A DNA stretch of 51,635 bases from a virus (taxonomy: Duplodnaviria > Caudoviricetes). The translations under genes were made by a program, and so were the position numbers. The notes beneath the pieces are model-generated. The model did not search any database. It saw only the letters and a list, made by a program, of their open reading frames with translations, and was not told the origin of the DNA. The stretch covers positions 1 to 51,635 of the IMG/VR virus record IMGVR_UViG_3300033388_001284. The stretch is one strand, 5' to 3'. This document shows positions 35,796-44,355 of the stretch, one piece after another (position 1 is the first letter of the stretch; every line of letters starts with the position of its first letter).

Positions 35796-36452
35796 ATGGC
35801 AACTAATGCAGAGTTAATTGATTATTATAAAAACACTTTAATATTACAATATAGACAAATGAGAGTAGTAGATCCAGAAGCAGTAGACCCTGCACTTGAG
35901 GAGTCTAAAGCAACTAGACATATTACTGCACTTGTTAAAGCTATCATGATATTTGAACTAATAGAAGACGTACAGAACGGCTTCAATTTGGATGATAGCA
36001 TCGGAGTGCAGCTTGATATACTGGGTAAATATATAAACTTCGATCGTAAGATCAAAACAACAGGTGGGAGCACTAGAACTTTAGCTGATTCTGAGTACAG
36101 AGTGTACCTTAAAGCTAAAGTTGCTCTCAATACTATGGATAGTACTCTATATGATATAGATACCTATCTAGAAACACATATACCAGCGTCAAGTGTCATA
36201 GATACTACTTTCATGGCTCTTACTTATCAATTGGAGGGCTTGACATTGGTTCAGACTCAGGAGATGGTGTATAACGATATGTTACCTCACCCTACCGGAG
36301 TAGATGCTAGTGACATGGTATATGAAGTCCCTGCTAATGAGGGCTTCAGGTGTGCAAGCGCCGGAGTACCAGTGACAGGTGTCAAAGGGTTTGGGTCTGC
36401 CGGAGCATTGGCAGGTGGCAAACTAGCAGTCGCAATAGGCGCACAATATTAA
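35796..36452 (+). CDS. Baseplate wedge protein (DUF2612-like)
   Basis: Y..LI.QY, F.LD..IGVQLDILGKY, L.D.EYR..LK, LP.P.GV. Confidence 0.8.
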   Translation: MATNAELIDYYKNTLILQYRQMRVVDPEAVDPALEESKATRHITALVKAIMIFELIEDVQNGFNLDDSIGVQLDILGKYINFDRKIKTTGGSTRTLADSEYRVYLKAKVALNTMDSTLYDIDTYLETHIPASSVIDTTFMALTYQLEGLTLVQTQEMVYNDMLPHPTGVDASDMVYEVPANEGFRCASAGVPVTGVKGFGSAGALAGGKLAVAIGAQY

Positions 36453-36467
36453 AATAGGAGATAACAG

Positions 36468-37589
36468 ATGGCGAAGCCAAGTATAACACAAGAAAAGCTC
36501 AAGTGGGCTGATTCTAGTATAACAGATCCGGGAAGTGGTGAAGCAAATAAGGTTACCACCCCTACTACAAAAGAAACAAACGGTTGGATATACCAAGAAG
36601 AGCCCGGCTTTAATTATTTAAATTATTGGATGAACCTTGCTTATCAGTATGTGGCCTGGATTGTTGCAGAACCTTTGGAAGGAAACTATAAATTTAGTGG
36701 AACTAAAACGTTCGAAGAAGAGCTATATATAGAAACATGGTCAGAGGTTCAGCAAGGGTATCAGTCATTTAGCAAACTTGTAGATGACATTGGTATAATA
36801 AGTACTTATTATACCAATCCCGGTGGAACTGCTAGTCTCATAGACTTATTTCAATTAAGTGCTGGAACAGTACACTATTATAAACATACTTTCTTGAATG
36901 AAGTGGAAGCAGCAACAGGTATAAAAATAACAGGTGGTGACCTTGTTATAGAGAAGTCCACTACTCCTACGATACTACTTAATCACACTGGTGCTGGTAG
37001 AGAGGTATATATAGAGAACACAGGAACAACGTCCAGATGGTTAGCTGGAGGCTCTACTCCAAACCCTGCTTTTGAAGTAACTAATGCCACGGCTGATATA
37101 ACTATACACAATGAAGCAACCTTTAATGACATTGTTACCTTAAAAGAAAACGTGTTTGCAGAAAAGGACTTAAACGCAGACAACGATGTTATAGCACAAA
37201 ACGATGTTTATGCTTATGGAAACGTGACTGCGAGGTATAACCTTATTGCACAAGGGAGTGCGAATATACAAAACGAAGTAACATGTGGTAATGTGGATGC
37301 TCGTAATGATGTACAAGCTGGAAAAGATCTTTTGTCTGTACGTGATGTTAAGGCGGTTGGTGGGTTTGTTATAGGGCTAAATGGAGTAGTGACAAAACTT
37401 GCTGAGTTTACCGGAGCAGGTGCTCCGACAGATGCCCAGTGTGTTACAGAACTAGAATCAGCCGGTGCTATTTCTGTAGCCGAAGGCTTTGTTGGTCTAA
37501 TGGAGAATGACAGTACTAAAGTTGTATATATGGCTGTTAAGAACACAGTTGGTGACTGGTACCAGACCGCTTTAACAAAAACACTTTAA
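36468..37589 (+). CDS. Tail fibre/spike protein
   Basis: GW..E.P..NYW N-terminal anchor; 6-residue VxAxNx repeats in the C-half. Confidence 0.7.
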   Translation: MAKPSITQEKLKWADSSITDPGSGEANKVTTPTTKETNGWIYQEEPGFNYLNYWMNLAYQYVAWIVAEPLEGNYKFSGTKTFEEELYIETWSEVQQGYQSFSKLVDDIGIISTYYTNPGGTASLIDLFQLSAGTVHYYKHTFLNEVEAATGIKITGGDLVIEKSTTPTILLNHTGAGREVYIENTGTTSRWLAGGSTPNPAFEVTNATADITIHNEATFNDIVTLKENVFAEKDLNADNDVIAQNDVYAYGNVTARYNLIAQGSANIQNEVTCGNVDARNDVQAGKDLLSVRDVKAVGGFVIGLNGVVTKLAEFTGAGAPTDAQCVTELESAGAISVAEGFVGLMENDSTKVVYMAVKNTVGDWYQTALTKTL

Positions 37590-37606
37590 TTAACCGGAAG
37601 TAACAA

Positions 37607-38029
37607 ATGTCAGAGAACGATTTACATAGAAAGATTGACAATATGAACGCAAGTATTAACAATAAGCTTGACAAAGTTTTCGGTGATATGAATAAAAAAG
37701 TTGACCAGTACATGCAGAAACAGTTTGATGAACAAAAAGAACAAGTTAGACACTGCGCTTTAATGAGTAGCGCAGTGGAACATAACGCACATGAGATAGA
37801 GGAAGTACGACTAGCACTTAGCAAACATAAAACTTTGTATAGGCAAGACCTTGCTTCTAGACAAAAATGGTGGAATAATTTTGCAGCTAGAGCAGCTTTT
37901 TTTGTGATACCATTTGTTATATCAACAGCGGGATTTTTTTACAAAGGAGCAGAGCATGATGAAGTTCAATGTCCAAACAGACCAGAGGTGGTCGAAGAAC
38001 ATTATGACCCACCCGAAGACACAAAGTAA
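37607..38029 (+). CDS. Coiled-coil membrane protein (lysis cassette candidate)
   Basis: One TM near the C-terminus; directly before the peptidase. Confidence 0.55.
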   Translation: MSENDLHRKIDNMNASINNKLDKVFGDMNKKVDQYMQKQFDEQKEQVRHCALMSSAVEHNAHEIEEVRLALSKHKTLYRQDLASRQKWWNNFAARAAFFVIPFVISTAGFFYKGAEHDEVQCPNRPEVVEEHYDPPEDTK

Positions 38030-38456
38030 GCCAGATTTCATTTGGCGTTGGGGTTGTTTATTAACTTGTATAGCTAACATCTATCAATGGGTAGAAGACA
38101 TGCGAGTAACACCGGCAGACATGAATGAGATATTTCATGAGATCAAAGGTTACATGTTACTTGACGATCCATCAACCCCAAGTAGTACTGCCAGTGCTAT
38201 TCACTGGGGAAATGTTAAAAGGTTCCTTGAGCCCAGTATAGAAATACGAAACAGAGTTAGTATCTATGACTACTTTGACTCTGAAGACTATTACTATATA
38301 GCAAGAGTGACACATAGCACAGGAGTAGGTAGCCATTATCTATTGGTAATTGGCAAGGGTGATAATACCTTTTGGTGTTTTGACCCAGAGACAGGTGATA
38401 CAATAGGAGTAAACGCAGATGACATATTCTATCTGCACGAATTTAGGAGGAAGTAA
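37956..38456 (+). CDS. Peptidase C39-like putative endolysin
   Basis: Q.DQRW..WGCLLT..TP..MN..HY..DP Cys/His/Asp order; AAGGAG RBS before ATG 37956. Confidence 0.7.
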   Translation: MMKFNVQTDQRWSKNIMTHPKTQSKPDFIWRWGCLLTCIANIYQWVEDMRVTPADMNEIFHEIKGYMLLDDPSTPSSTASAIHWGNVKRFLEPSIEIRNRVSIYDYFDSEDYYYIARVTHSTGVGSHYLLVIGKGDNTFWCFDPETGDTIGVNADDIFYLHEFRRK

Positions 38457-38678
38457 ATGTTTAAAAAAATGTATTCAAGAAAAGTTACTGCTTACTTTTT
38501 AAGTATGGTAGTATTCACAGGGGCCTTTTTCTCATTAGTAAAATGGGCACCTAACACTTTAGAATGGGTTGGTATAACTCTTCTATGGTTGATTTTTGCA
38601 ACCAATGTTCTGTTTATATCATTTAATTCACTTGATAAGGGGATGAAATTATATGCTGAATTTAAAAAAGGTCGTTAA
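38457..38678 (+). CDS. Putative holin (2 TM)
   Basis: MFKKMYSRK start, two TMs, basic C-terminus, AGGAGG RBS. Confidence 0.65.
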   Translation: MFKKMYSRKVTAYFLSMVVFTGAFFSLVKWAPNTLEWVGITLLWLIFATNVLFISFNSLDKGMKLYAEFKKGR

Positions 38679-38682
38679 GAAT

Positions 38683-38955
38683 ATGATGAAGTATAAGTAC
38701 TTCATCATGGCAGGTGTTGCATTCATTGTTTTGGTTATGGCGTTCTTTGTTTATAAACCATTCTTCATTGCCTTAACTGGTATGTTTGGTTTAGCAGGGG
38801 CCGCAGAAGGTGCTAAAGCAATAAACAAAAAGATAAAGGAGCTCGAACGTGAAAGACAGAACATCCGTGGAAATGTTGACGAGAATACTACTAGTGATAA
38901 CCTTTCTTTTGGCCAACGTTTCATTAAGCGCAAAAGAGATAAGCATAACAAATGA
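38683..38955 (+). CDS. Membrane-anchored coiled-coil protein (i-spanin position)
   Basis: N-terminal hydrophobic segments followed by a charged helix. Confidence 0.55.
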   Translation: MMKYKYFIMAGVAFIVLVMAFFVYKPFFIALTGMFGLAGAAEGAKAINKKIKELERERQNIRGNVDENTTSDNLSFGQRFIKRKRDKHNK

Positions 38956-39268
38956 TGATGATCCGGACATCATAGAAGTAAAAATGGATAGACTAACCTA
39001 CTTTCTTGTTACTCCGTTCTTTATGAACGAGGTTGAGATTGTAGATAGTGAACATGAAATAGATAAGAAGATAATTAGATACTATAAAGATAAAGAAGTG
39101 CTATTTGACAAGGTGGTCAAGTTCGCTAACCAGAAGGATATTATGATAAAGGCTTTAGTGATAAGTACGTCGGTAGGTTTTGTGATATCTATAGGACTGA
39201 TAACAGGTGTAATAGTCTACGCTTTGTTACACTATTACACCAATAACAGGATTACTTCTTTCTCTTAA
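38873..39268 (+). CDS. Signal-peptide protein with C-terminal TM (o-spanin position)
   Basis: MLTRILLVITFLLANVSLSA signal, no Cys; overlaps the previous gene. Confidence 0.55.
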   Translation: MLTRILLVITFLLANVSLSAKEISITNDDDPDIIEVKMDRLTYFLVTPFFMNEVEIVDSEHEIDKKIIRYYKDKEVLFDKVVKFANQKDIMIKALVISTSVGFVISIGLITGVIVYALLHYYTNNRITSFS

Positions 39269-40079
39269 ATATAACCATAGCAAATGATATTGGAGCAAAG
39301 AAGTCCAACACAATTGATGGGAAGAAAGACAATGCAAACTGGATAATAAAGCCTGGTACTTTAATAATTCTGGAGAAGTACTTGTAAGTATTCCCATTAA
39401 CTATATTATCAGAGCTGTCTTTAATTTTAATGATCTCTTTCTTATAATTAGAGATAGTTTTATTTATATTAGCAATTGACAACCTTAATTCGTCAATTCT
39501 CTTTTCGTTAGTCTTGGATGCCGTTCTGAAGGAACTACTCTCAAACATAGTATCAACAGTGTCCATTCTTTTATTTATAGATACCATTTCCTGAAGATAA
39601 GACTGTTTAGTCTCTTTTTGTAGCTGTATCAATTCTTCAATGTCAGACACTTCATTAAGGCTTAAAGTTGTACCTCCCCTTTGATCTATATTGGCATTGG
39701 ACAATGATTTATATTGTCCACCAACTGTTGATATTACAGAATAGAATACCAACAACAACCACACTACTAATATTGTAGACCCTTGAAATCTCTTAAGTAT
39801 TATTTGCCCAGTGTAACGTCTTCTTAGATCTTTATCCCTTTGTTTTCGTTTCTCTAAAACCATCTTGTTAGACTTAATATATAAGGCAATCGCCCCTTCA
39901 AATATAAGGTTTAGGAACAATACATAGATAACTGCTATTACTCCAGACCAGAACCAGTGAATATTATTATACATAAAGAAGTTAAAACTAAAGGCTATAC
40001 TGGCGACCATTGCCAGTGTGCCAATTACCAAGTATGCTATGTCTGTAACCATGCTTATTAACTGTTCTCTATCTTTCAT
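39252..40079 (-). CDS. Multi-TM coiled-coil membrane protein
   Basis: Three N-terminal TMs, a long coiled coil and a C-terminal TM. Confidence 0.7.
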   Translation of the reverse strand: MKDREQLISMVTDIAYLVIGTLAMVASIAFSFNFFMYNNIHWFWSGVIAVIYVLFLNLIFEGAIALYIKSNKMVLEKRKQRDKDLRRRYTGQIILKRFQGSTILVVWLLLVFYSVISTVGGQYKSLSNANIDQRGGTTLSLNEVSDIEELIQLQKETKQSYLQEMVSINKRMDTVDTMFESSSFRTASKTNEKRIDELRLSIANINKTISNYKKEIIKIKDSSDNIVNGNTYKYFSRIIKVPGFIIQFALSFFPSIVLDFFAPISFAMVIFKRKK

Positions 40080-40261
40080 CTTTGGTCTCTCTTTCTACGT
40101 TCTGTATCAAACATCGCCATAGCTTCGCATACTATAAGGTAAGGACATCCACAAGTGCAGGTTCTATGCTGTAGGCAATCATGCTCTTCGATTGCCTGTA
40201 TTATATCTTCTTTTATTATATCTTTAGTTAATGTCAGCATTCTAGCTGCAGTTGCTTTCAT
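40076..40261 (-). CDS. Cys-rich small protein
   Basis: C..CTCGCP..C; ATGA coupling. Confidence 0.6.
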   Translation of the reverse strand: MKATAARMLTLTKDIIKEDIIQAIEEHDCLQHRTCTCGCPYLIVCEAMAMFDTERRKRDQR

Positions 40262-40866
40262 TTTTCACACCCAATTATCAAGTGGCTCATTGGTAATTGT
40301 TCAATCATACGTGTCACTACACCCCAGTCCTCTCTTAACTTATGTGACTTTCTTTGGTTATATATGGTCTTAAGCTGTAAATAGTTAGTTGATATACCCA
40401 TCCACAACTCAAATCCCATAGGCAAGTTTGATATAACACTCATGAATCGTTCATGTGTCTTATCTTCATTGTATAAGGCTATGAAACTATTTACCAGATT
40501 CATGATCCTTTGGTCAACATATCTGTTACAATTGGTAATGTCCAATTGTTGCTTTGTCAGTCTGTGCATTTTAGACTGACTTGACACAATATCAACCCAA
40601 CTATACCTCTGTAATTGGGGTGTTAAGTATTGTGGGTAACAGAAATCAAATTGTACTATGATACCTTTCAGGAAATTGTCGTGTCCTGATCCCGGCTTAC
40701 AGGATGATAACTTGCTGGCTCTGTCAAATTGTGCACTAAATGCTACTACATCAGTTGTATTACTCTCTGTCACGAACCTCTGGGGCCTCCCCACAAACAT
40801 TGGGTAACCTGCTCTGTATAGTGATCCTTCTAATCCAAACACTTCTATGTTAGTTATTTCTGTCAT
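40258..40866 (-). CDS. ThyX-like (FAD-dependent thymidylate synthase fold) phage protein
   Basis: GHDNFLKGI..QLQRY..SSQSKMH..LP..TNY.QL..QRK.HKL..W resembles ThyX motif order but lacks canonical RHR. Confidence 0.55.
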   Translation of the reverse strand: MTEITNIEVFGLEGSLYRAGYPMFVGRPQRFVTESNTTDVVAFSAQFDRASKLSSCKPGSGHDNFLKGIIVQFDFCYPQYLTPQLQRYSWVDIVSSQSKMHRLTKQQLDITNCNRYVDQRIMNLVNSFIALYNEDKTHERFMSVISNLPMGFELWMGISTNYLQLKTIYNQRKSHKLREDWGVVTRMIEQLPMSHLIIGCEK

Positions 40867-40868
40867 TT

Positions 40869-41141
40869 TTAATCCTTTTTTATATAATTCTTTTCCTCTG
40901 TTCTATTATCATTTTTGTATACGTTACCTATTATATCGTAGTCATACTCCCACATAAAATTCCGTGACAATAACTCCTTTATTGAGTACTCATATGACCT
41001 ATAGTTCATTTCTTTCGGTGGCCAATATTTAACATCATTTATTTTGCCATTGGAAGCTATATCAATCAAAAAATAATTGTGTCCATTTACAGTTTGATTT
41101 AGTTTTATCACGTCACCATCTTTTAGATCACTGTTATACAT
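40869..41141 (-). CDS. Hypothetical protein
   Basis: GGAGG RBS; IIGNVY (YopX-like end). Confidence 0.6.
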   Translation of the reverse strand: MYNSDLKDGDVIKLNQTVNGHNYFLIDIASNGKINDVKYWPPKEMNYRSYEYSIKELLSRNFMWEYDYDIIGNVYKNDNRTEEKNYIKKD

Positions 41142-41319
41142 CTTCGTCCTCCGATAGTTGTTCTAAATTCTTGTTACGACCACCCGGTGGAGCTAAATAT
41201 CTTGAATAATGATGTATTGGGCATTGCTCACAATCTATCGTTGAACAGGGCACATCATCACATTTTTGGTCTTTATACTTATTGAATAGCTCCAATATTT
41301 CAGTAATTATATCCCTCAT
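41134..41319 (-). CDS. Cys4 small protein
   Basis: KYKDQKCDDVPCSTIDCEQCP. Confidence 0.6.
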   Translation of the reverse strand: MRDIITEILELFNKYKDQKCDDVPCSTIDCEQCPIHHYSRYLAPPGGRNKNLEQLSEDEDV

Positions 41320-41492
41320 TTCTTTCTCCCAACTACATTTTCTATGGCGATTACTTCGTTACTAGTCCCTTCGATGTTAGAGTATGCTACTAGAGGGCAA
41401 ACACTACAATTTAGCCCATAGCAGGTAACATCAGAACATCTCTTGTCTTTATATCTGTTGTGTAACTTCTTTAGTTCCTTAAACATGTTCAT
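41316..41492 (-). CDS. Cys4 small protein (paralogue of its neighbour)
   Basis: Hand translation RYKDKRCSDVTCYGLNCSVCP; ATGA coupling at both ends. Confidence 0.6.
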   Translation of the reverse strand: MNMFKELKKLHNRYKDKRCSDVTCYGLNCSVCPLVAYSNIEGTSNEVIAIENVVGRKK

Positions 41493-41887
41493 TTCTTCTT
41501 TTCTCCAAATAAAATATTTAATAATCCCTTATCTTTTAAAGAAGGGCCATACCATAATGACCTCTTCTCTATATCATCCATCTCTTTATAGAACTCGTCA
41601 AATAAGAAGTATTGATTGTCATACCACCCTAGACAAAAAGTTCTTTTGTTTGTTCTGTGATGCTTTCTTAACCATGGCAATTGGCCCTTCCTGTAGTCGA
41701 AGCGGTACACCTCGTCCCTTGCTATCCACTTTATAACCTTCAGTTCTATCCACCCTGTTATAGCAGGATCAAAGTAATATACATCCGGTACGCCAATTGA
41801 CGATCCACCGGTCTCAATACTACAAAATGTCCCTTGATGTATGTCAGAGATCCCCTTTAGTACTCTGTACATCATAGTTTCTGTCAT
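41489..41887 (-). CDS. VRR-NUC/Holliday-junction-resolvase-like PD-(D/E)XK nuclease
   Basis: MTE..IET..GVPDV..GWIELK..Q..W; start moved to the coupled ATG 41887. Confidence 0.75.
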   Translation of the reverse strand: MTETMMYRVLKGISDIHQGTFCSIETGGSSIGVPDVYYFDPAITGWIELKVIKWIARDEVYRFDYRKGQLPWLRKHHRTNKRTFCLGWYDNQYFLFDEFYKEMDDIEKRSLWYGPSLKDKGLLNILFGEKKK

Positions 41888-42063
41888 TCTTTCTTTAAAC
41901 ATTGTCCTCTCCTCTGGGTTCTTATAAAACACATTATGCACTCGGAGCATAACAACTCATTTATCCTCATACACTCTAGGTCTACACAGCGTATATCTTT
42001 GTATTTTTCTATTAGTTCTATCAAAACCTTGTTATCTTCATAAAGCTCTTCTATACCTATCAT
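41884..42063 (-). CDS. Cys-rich small protein
   Basis: Hand translation KYKDIRCVDLEC..LCSECIMC; GGAGGAG RBS. Confidence 0.6.
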   Translation of the reverse strand: MIGIEELYEDNKVLIELIEKYKDIRCVDLECMRINELLCSECIMCFIRTQRRGQCLKKE

Positions 42064-42315
42064 CTTAAAAACTCCTCCGCTCTAGTTTTCGTTATTCTTT
42101 AAGCAAGACTTTCCTCTATATCACTAGCAAAACATCTTATCTCTTCAATCTTACCATTTCTGTCTTTATACTCAACATCAAATACGTTACATTCTTTCTC
42201 TCGACATAACCTCATAATCACCCCATGCACTTTGTGCATTTTAATAAATACTTTGTTGTCTATATCATACTCAAACTCTACTTCTCTCATCCTAAAAACT
42301 CCTCCGCTCTAGTTT
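42061..42315. repeat. 28-bp direct repeats (27/28 identical) bracketing ORF 42099-42290
   Basis: CATC(T/C)TAAAAACTCCTCCGCTCTAGTTT at 42061-42088 and 42288-42315. Confidence 0.9.
42099..42290 (-). CDS. SH3-like hypothetical protein
   Basis: Coupled to the polA stop; beta-rich. Confidence 0.6.
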   Translation of the reverse strand: MREVEFEYDIDNKVFIKMHKVHGVIMRLCREKECNVFDVEYKDRNGKIEEIRCFASDIEESLA

Positions 42316-44086
42316 CTGAAACATCCCCCCAATTGTCGCCGACTTCTATATCAGCTCTAATTGGCACTCGTAACTTGACGCATGATTCCATGCAATGTGC
42401 CAGCTCTTTAGTTGCCTCCTTACCTTCTTTTGTTTGTGGTATTGATACATCTAACTCATCGTGAACTGTTAAATGTGGTTTAAGCACATTAAACACTCCA
42501 GCCTTATATGCATCAAGCATTCCTTTCTTCATAACATCAGCAGCAGTGCCTTGTATCAACTTGTTAAGCATCTTATAGTAACCACCGTTATTTCTTATCC
42601 AGTCGTCAACTCTTCCACGTCTTCCTAATAGTGTTACTATATAACCACGTTGCCGGGCATCGTCACCTACAACGTTCATTGTGTGACGTACATAAGGCAT
42701 TTCACTGTGGTACAGATTAACTATTTCCATTCCATGTTCTAGGTCCCAACCATTACTTTCAGCACATTTCTTGGCTCCCATTCCGTACATAGACCCAAAG
42801 TTAACTGCTTTAGCATATTTACGTTCTAGTCCAGTCCACTGCATAACTGTCTTATGGTAGTCAGTCGTTGGATCAGTACAATAGGCATGTCGCAATTGAT
42901 CAGCCCTGTCCCCTTGCGCATAATGGGCTAGTATCCGATACTCAATCTGTGAGTAATCAAGCTTACCCCACAGATGCCCTTCTTCAGGTATATAAGCTGC
43001 TCTACATTCCTTACCAAATCTATCTGCTTTAGAGGGCTGATTCTGCAGGTTGGGATTTGTACCAGAAAATCTTCCAGTTATTGTACCCTTACCATCTTTC
43101 TTTAATGGATGAAACATGCCATGTATTCTTCCATCTATACAAGTGTCAGGATCAAGTAGTATATTCTCAAATACAGAACTAACTACTCTCTTCATCCGCT
43201 TGACTTCTAATATCTCTTTAGCTATTGGGTGAGCTGTTCTCTCAAGAACAACATTGCTTATTGATGGATTCTTTTTATCCGTTGTAGGATAAGGTAATCC
43301 TAAAGAATCAAATATTACCGCCATCTGTTTAGATGAGTTATAATTGAATTCTCCGTATTCGTCAAATAACTTTACTTCCTTTTTACGAATTTCTTTATTG
43401 AACAACGATCTATTATCGGCCACTACATCTTGGTTAACCCTAACACCTTGTTTTCTCATCTGTAACAATAAAGGAGTTAAAGCGATTTCCATATGATAAA
43501 CTTCAAGTAGATTTTGTTCCTTCATACATGCCCATTGTTTCCTGAATATCTCAATAGGTAGTACTGTATCCTCAAGAGCGTATTCTCTAACCATCTCTAA
43601 AGGCATCTTAGATAAATGCTTTCTTGCATCACCTTTCCAACCTTTAGACTCAGCGTACTCAGTTATTCTGGACTTCTTCTTACCTTTATTCAGGTACTTA
43701 AGTGCTAAGTTGTCAAGGGAATAAGATCTTGAATACTCATCTAACAAAGACTCTGCATACTGGACATCGTGCAATTCACCATTGACATTTATCCCGTAAC
43801 CATTCTGGAGCCAGTCGATATCGTAGAGTAGGTTAGCTCCCAATTTCTTATTGTTACCTGCCAATTGTTCTTTAAGGTAGGCAATGTTCTTCTGTTTCCG
43901 TACAGGGTTTGTCTCTTCATGACCTATGTCGTAATATTCTGAGAAACCATCTGTAGTTGTTATTGCGCAACCCAAGATATGTCCGTCTTTTCTGTAGACA
44001 CCGGGCCCTTTGTCAAGTAACAATGGGTCATATGTCTCTATGTCCAGTGATATTACTGGTTGGTTTTTAAGATCTGGATATTTCAT
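42287..44086 (-). CDS. polA: Family A DNA polymerase (3'-5' exonuclease plus polymerase)
   Basis: DIET, N..YD, YA..D; TGRFS..PNLQN, DYSQIEYR, R..AKAVNFG..YG, IQGTAAD, VHDEL. Confidence 0.95.
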   Translation of the reverse strand: MKYPDLKNQPVISLDIETYDPLLLDKGPGVYRKDGHILGCAITTTDGFSEYYDIGHEETNPVRKQKNIAYLKEQLAGNNKKLGANLLYDIDWLQNGYGINVNGELHDVQYAESLLDEYSRSYSLDNLALKYLNKGKKKSRITEYAESKGWKGDARKHLSKMPLEMVREYALEDTVLPIEIFRKQWACMKEQNLLEVYHMEIALTPLLLQMRKQGVRVNQDVVADNRSLFNKEIRKKEVKLFDEYGEFNYNSSKQMAVIFDSLGLPYPTTDKKNPSISNVVLERTAHPIAKEILEVKRMKRVVSSVFENILLDPDTCIDGRIHGMFHPLKKDGKGTITGRFSGTNPNLQNQPSKADRFGKECRAAYIPEEGHLWGKLDYSQIEYRILAHYAQGDRADQLRHAYCTDPTTDYHKTVMQWTGLERKYAKAVNFGSMYGMGAKKCAESNGWDLEHGMEIVNLYHSEMPYVRHTMNVVGDDARQRGYIVTLLGRRGRVDDWIRNNGGYYKMLNKLIQGTAADVMKKGMLDAYKAGVFNVLKPHLTVHDELDVSIPQTKEGKEATKELAHCMESCVKLRVPIRADIEVGDNWGDVSETRAEEFLG

Positions 44087-44355
44087 TGGAACACTTCACT
44101 TATGAAGACAAAGGCCATGAAAAGCATCGGTGCTCCTAACAACATTGTGTAAGACATTATCAATGTAACCCTCAGCGTTAAACTTTTAATCTTATATATC
44201 AAACAAATCGGAATAAACATTGTAAGTAGAACTGCTGCCACTGCAAAAGATAATTGTATTATACCTAAAAAGTATACCGTTATTAGTTCTTTTATATACA
44301 TAATTATTTCTGTCATATACTCACCTATATATCTTATATTCATATTTTGTATCAC
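44083..44355 (-). CDS. Small membrane protein
   Basis: Two TMs; true start probably ~44316. Confidence 0.55.
   Translation of the reverse strand: MIQNMNIRYIGEYMTEIIMYIKELITVYFLGIIQLSFAVAAVLLTMFIPICLIYKIKSLTLRVTLIMSYTMLLGAPMLFMAFVFISEVFQ

Noticed and set aside
42287-44086. 2-aminoadenine (dZ) genome, or intron/intein in polA
   Set aside because: No purZ recognisable; polA is continuous, compact and has ordinary motifs
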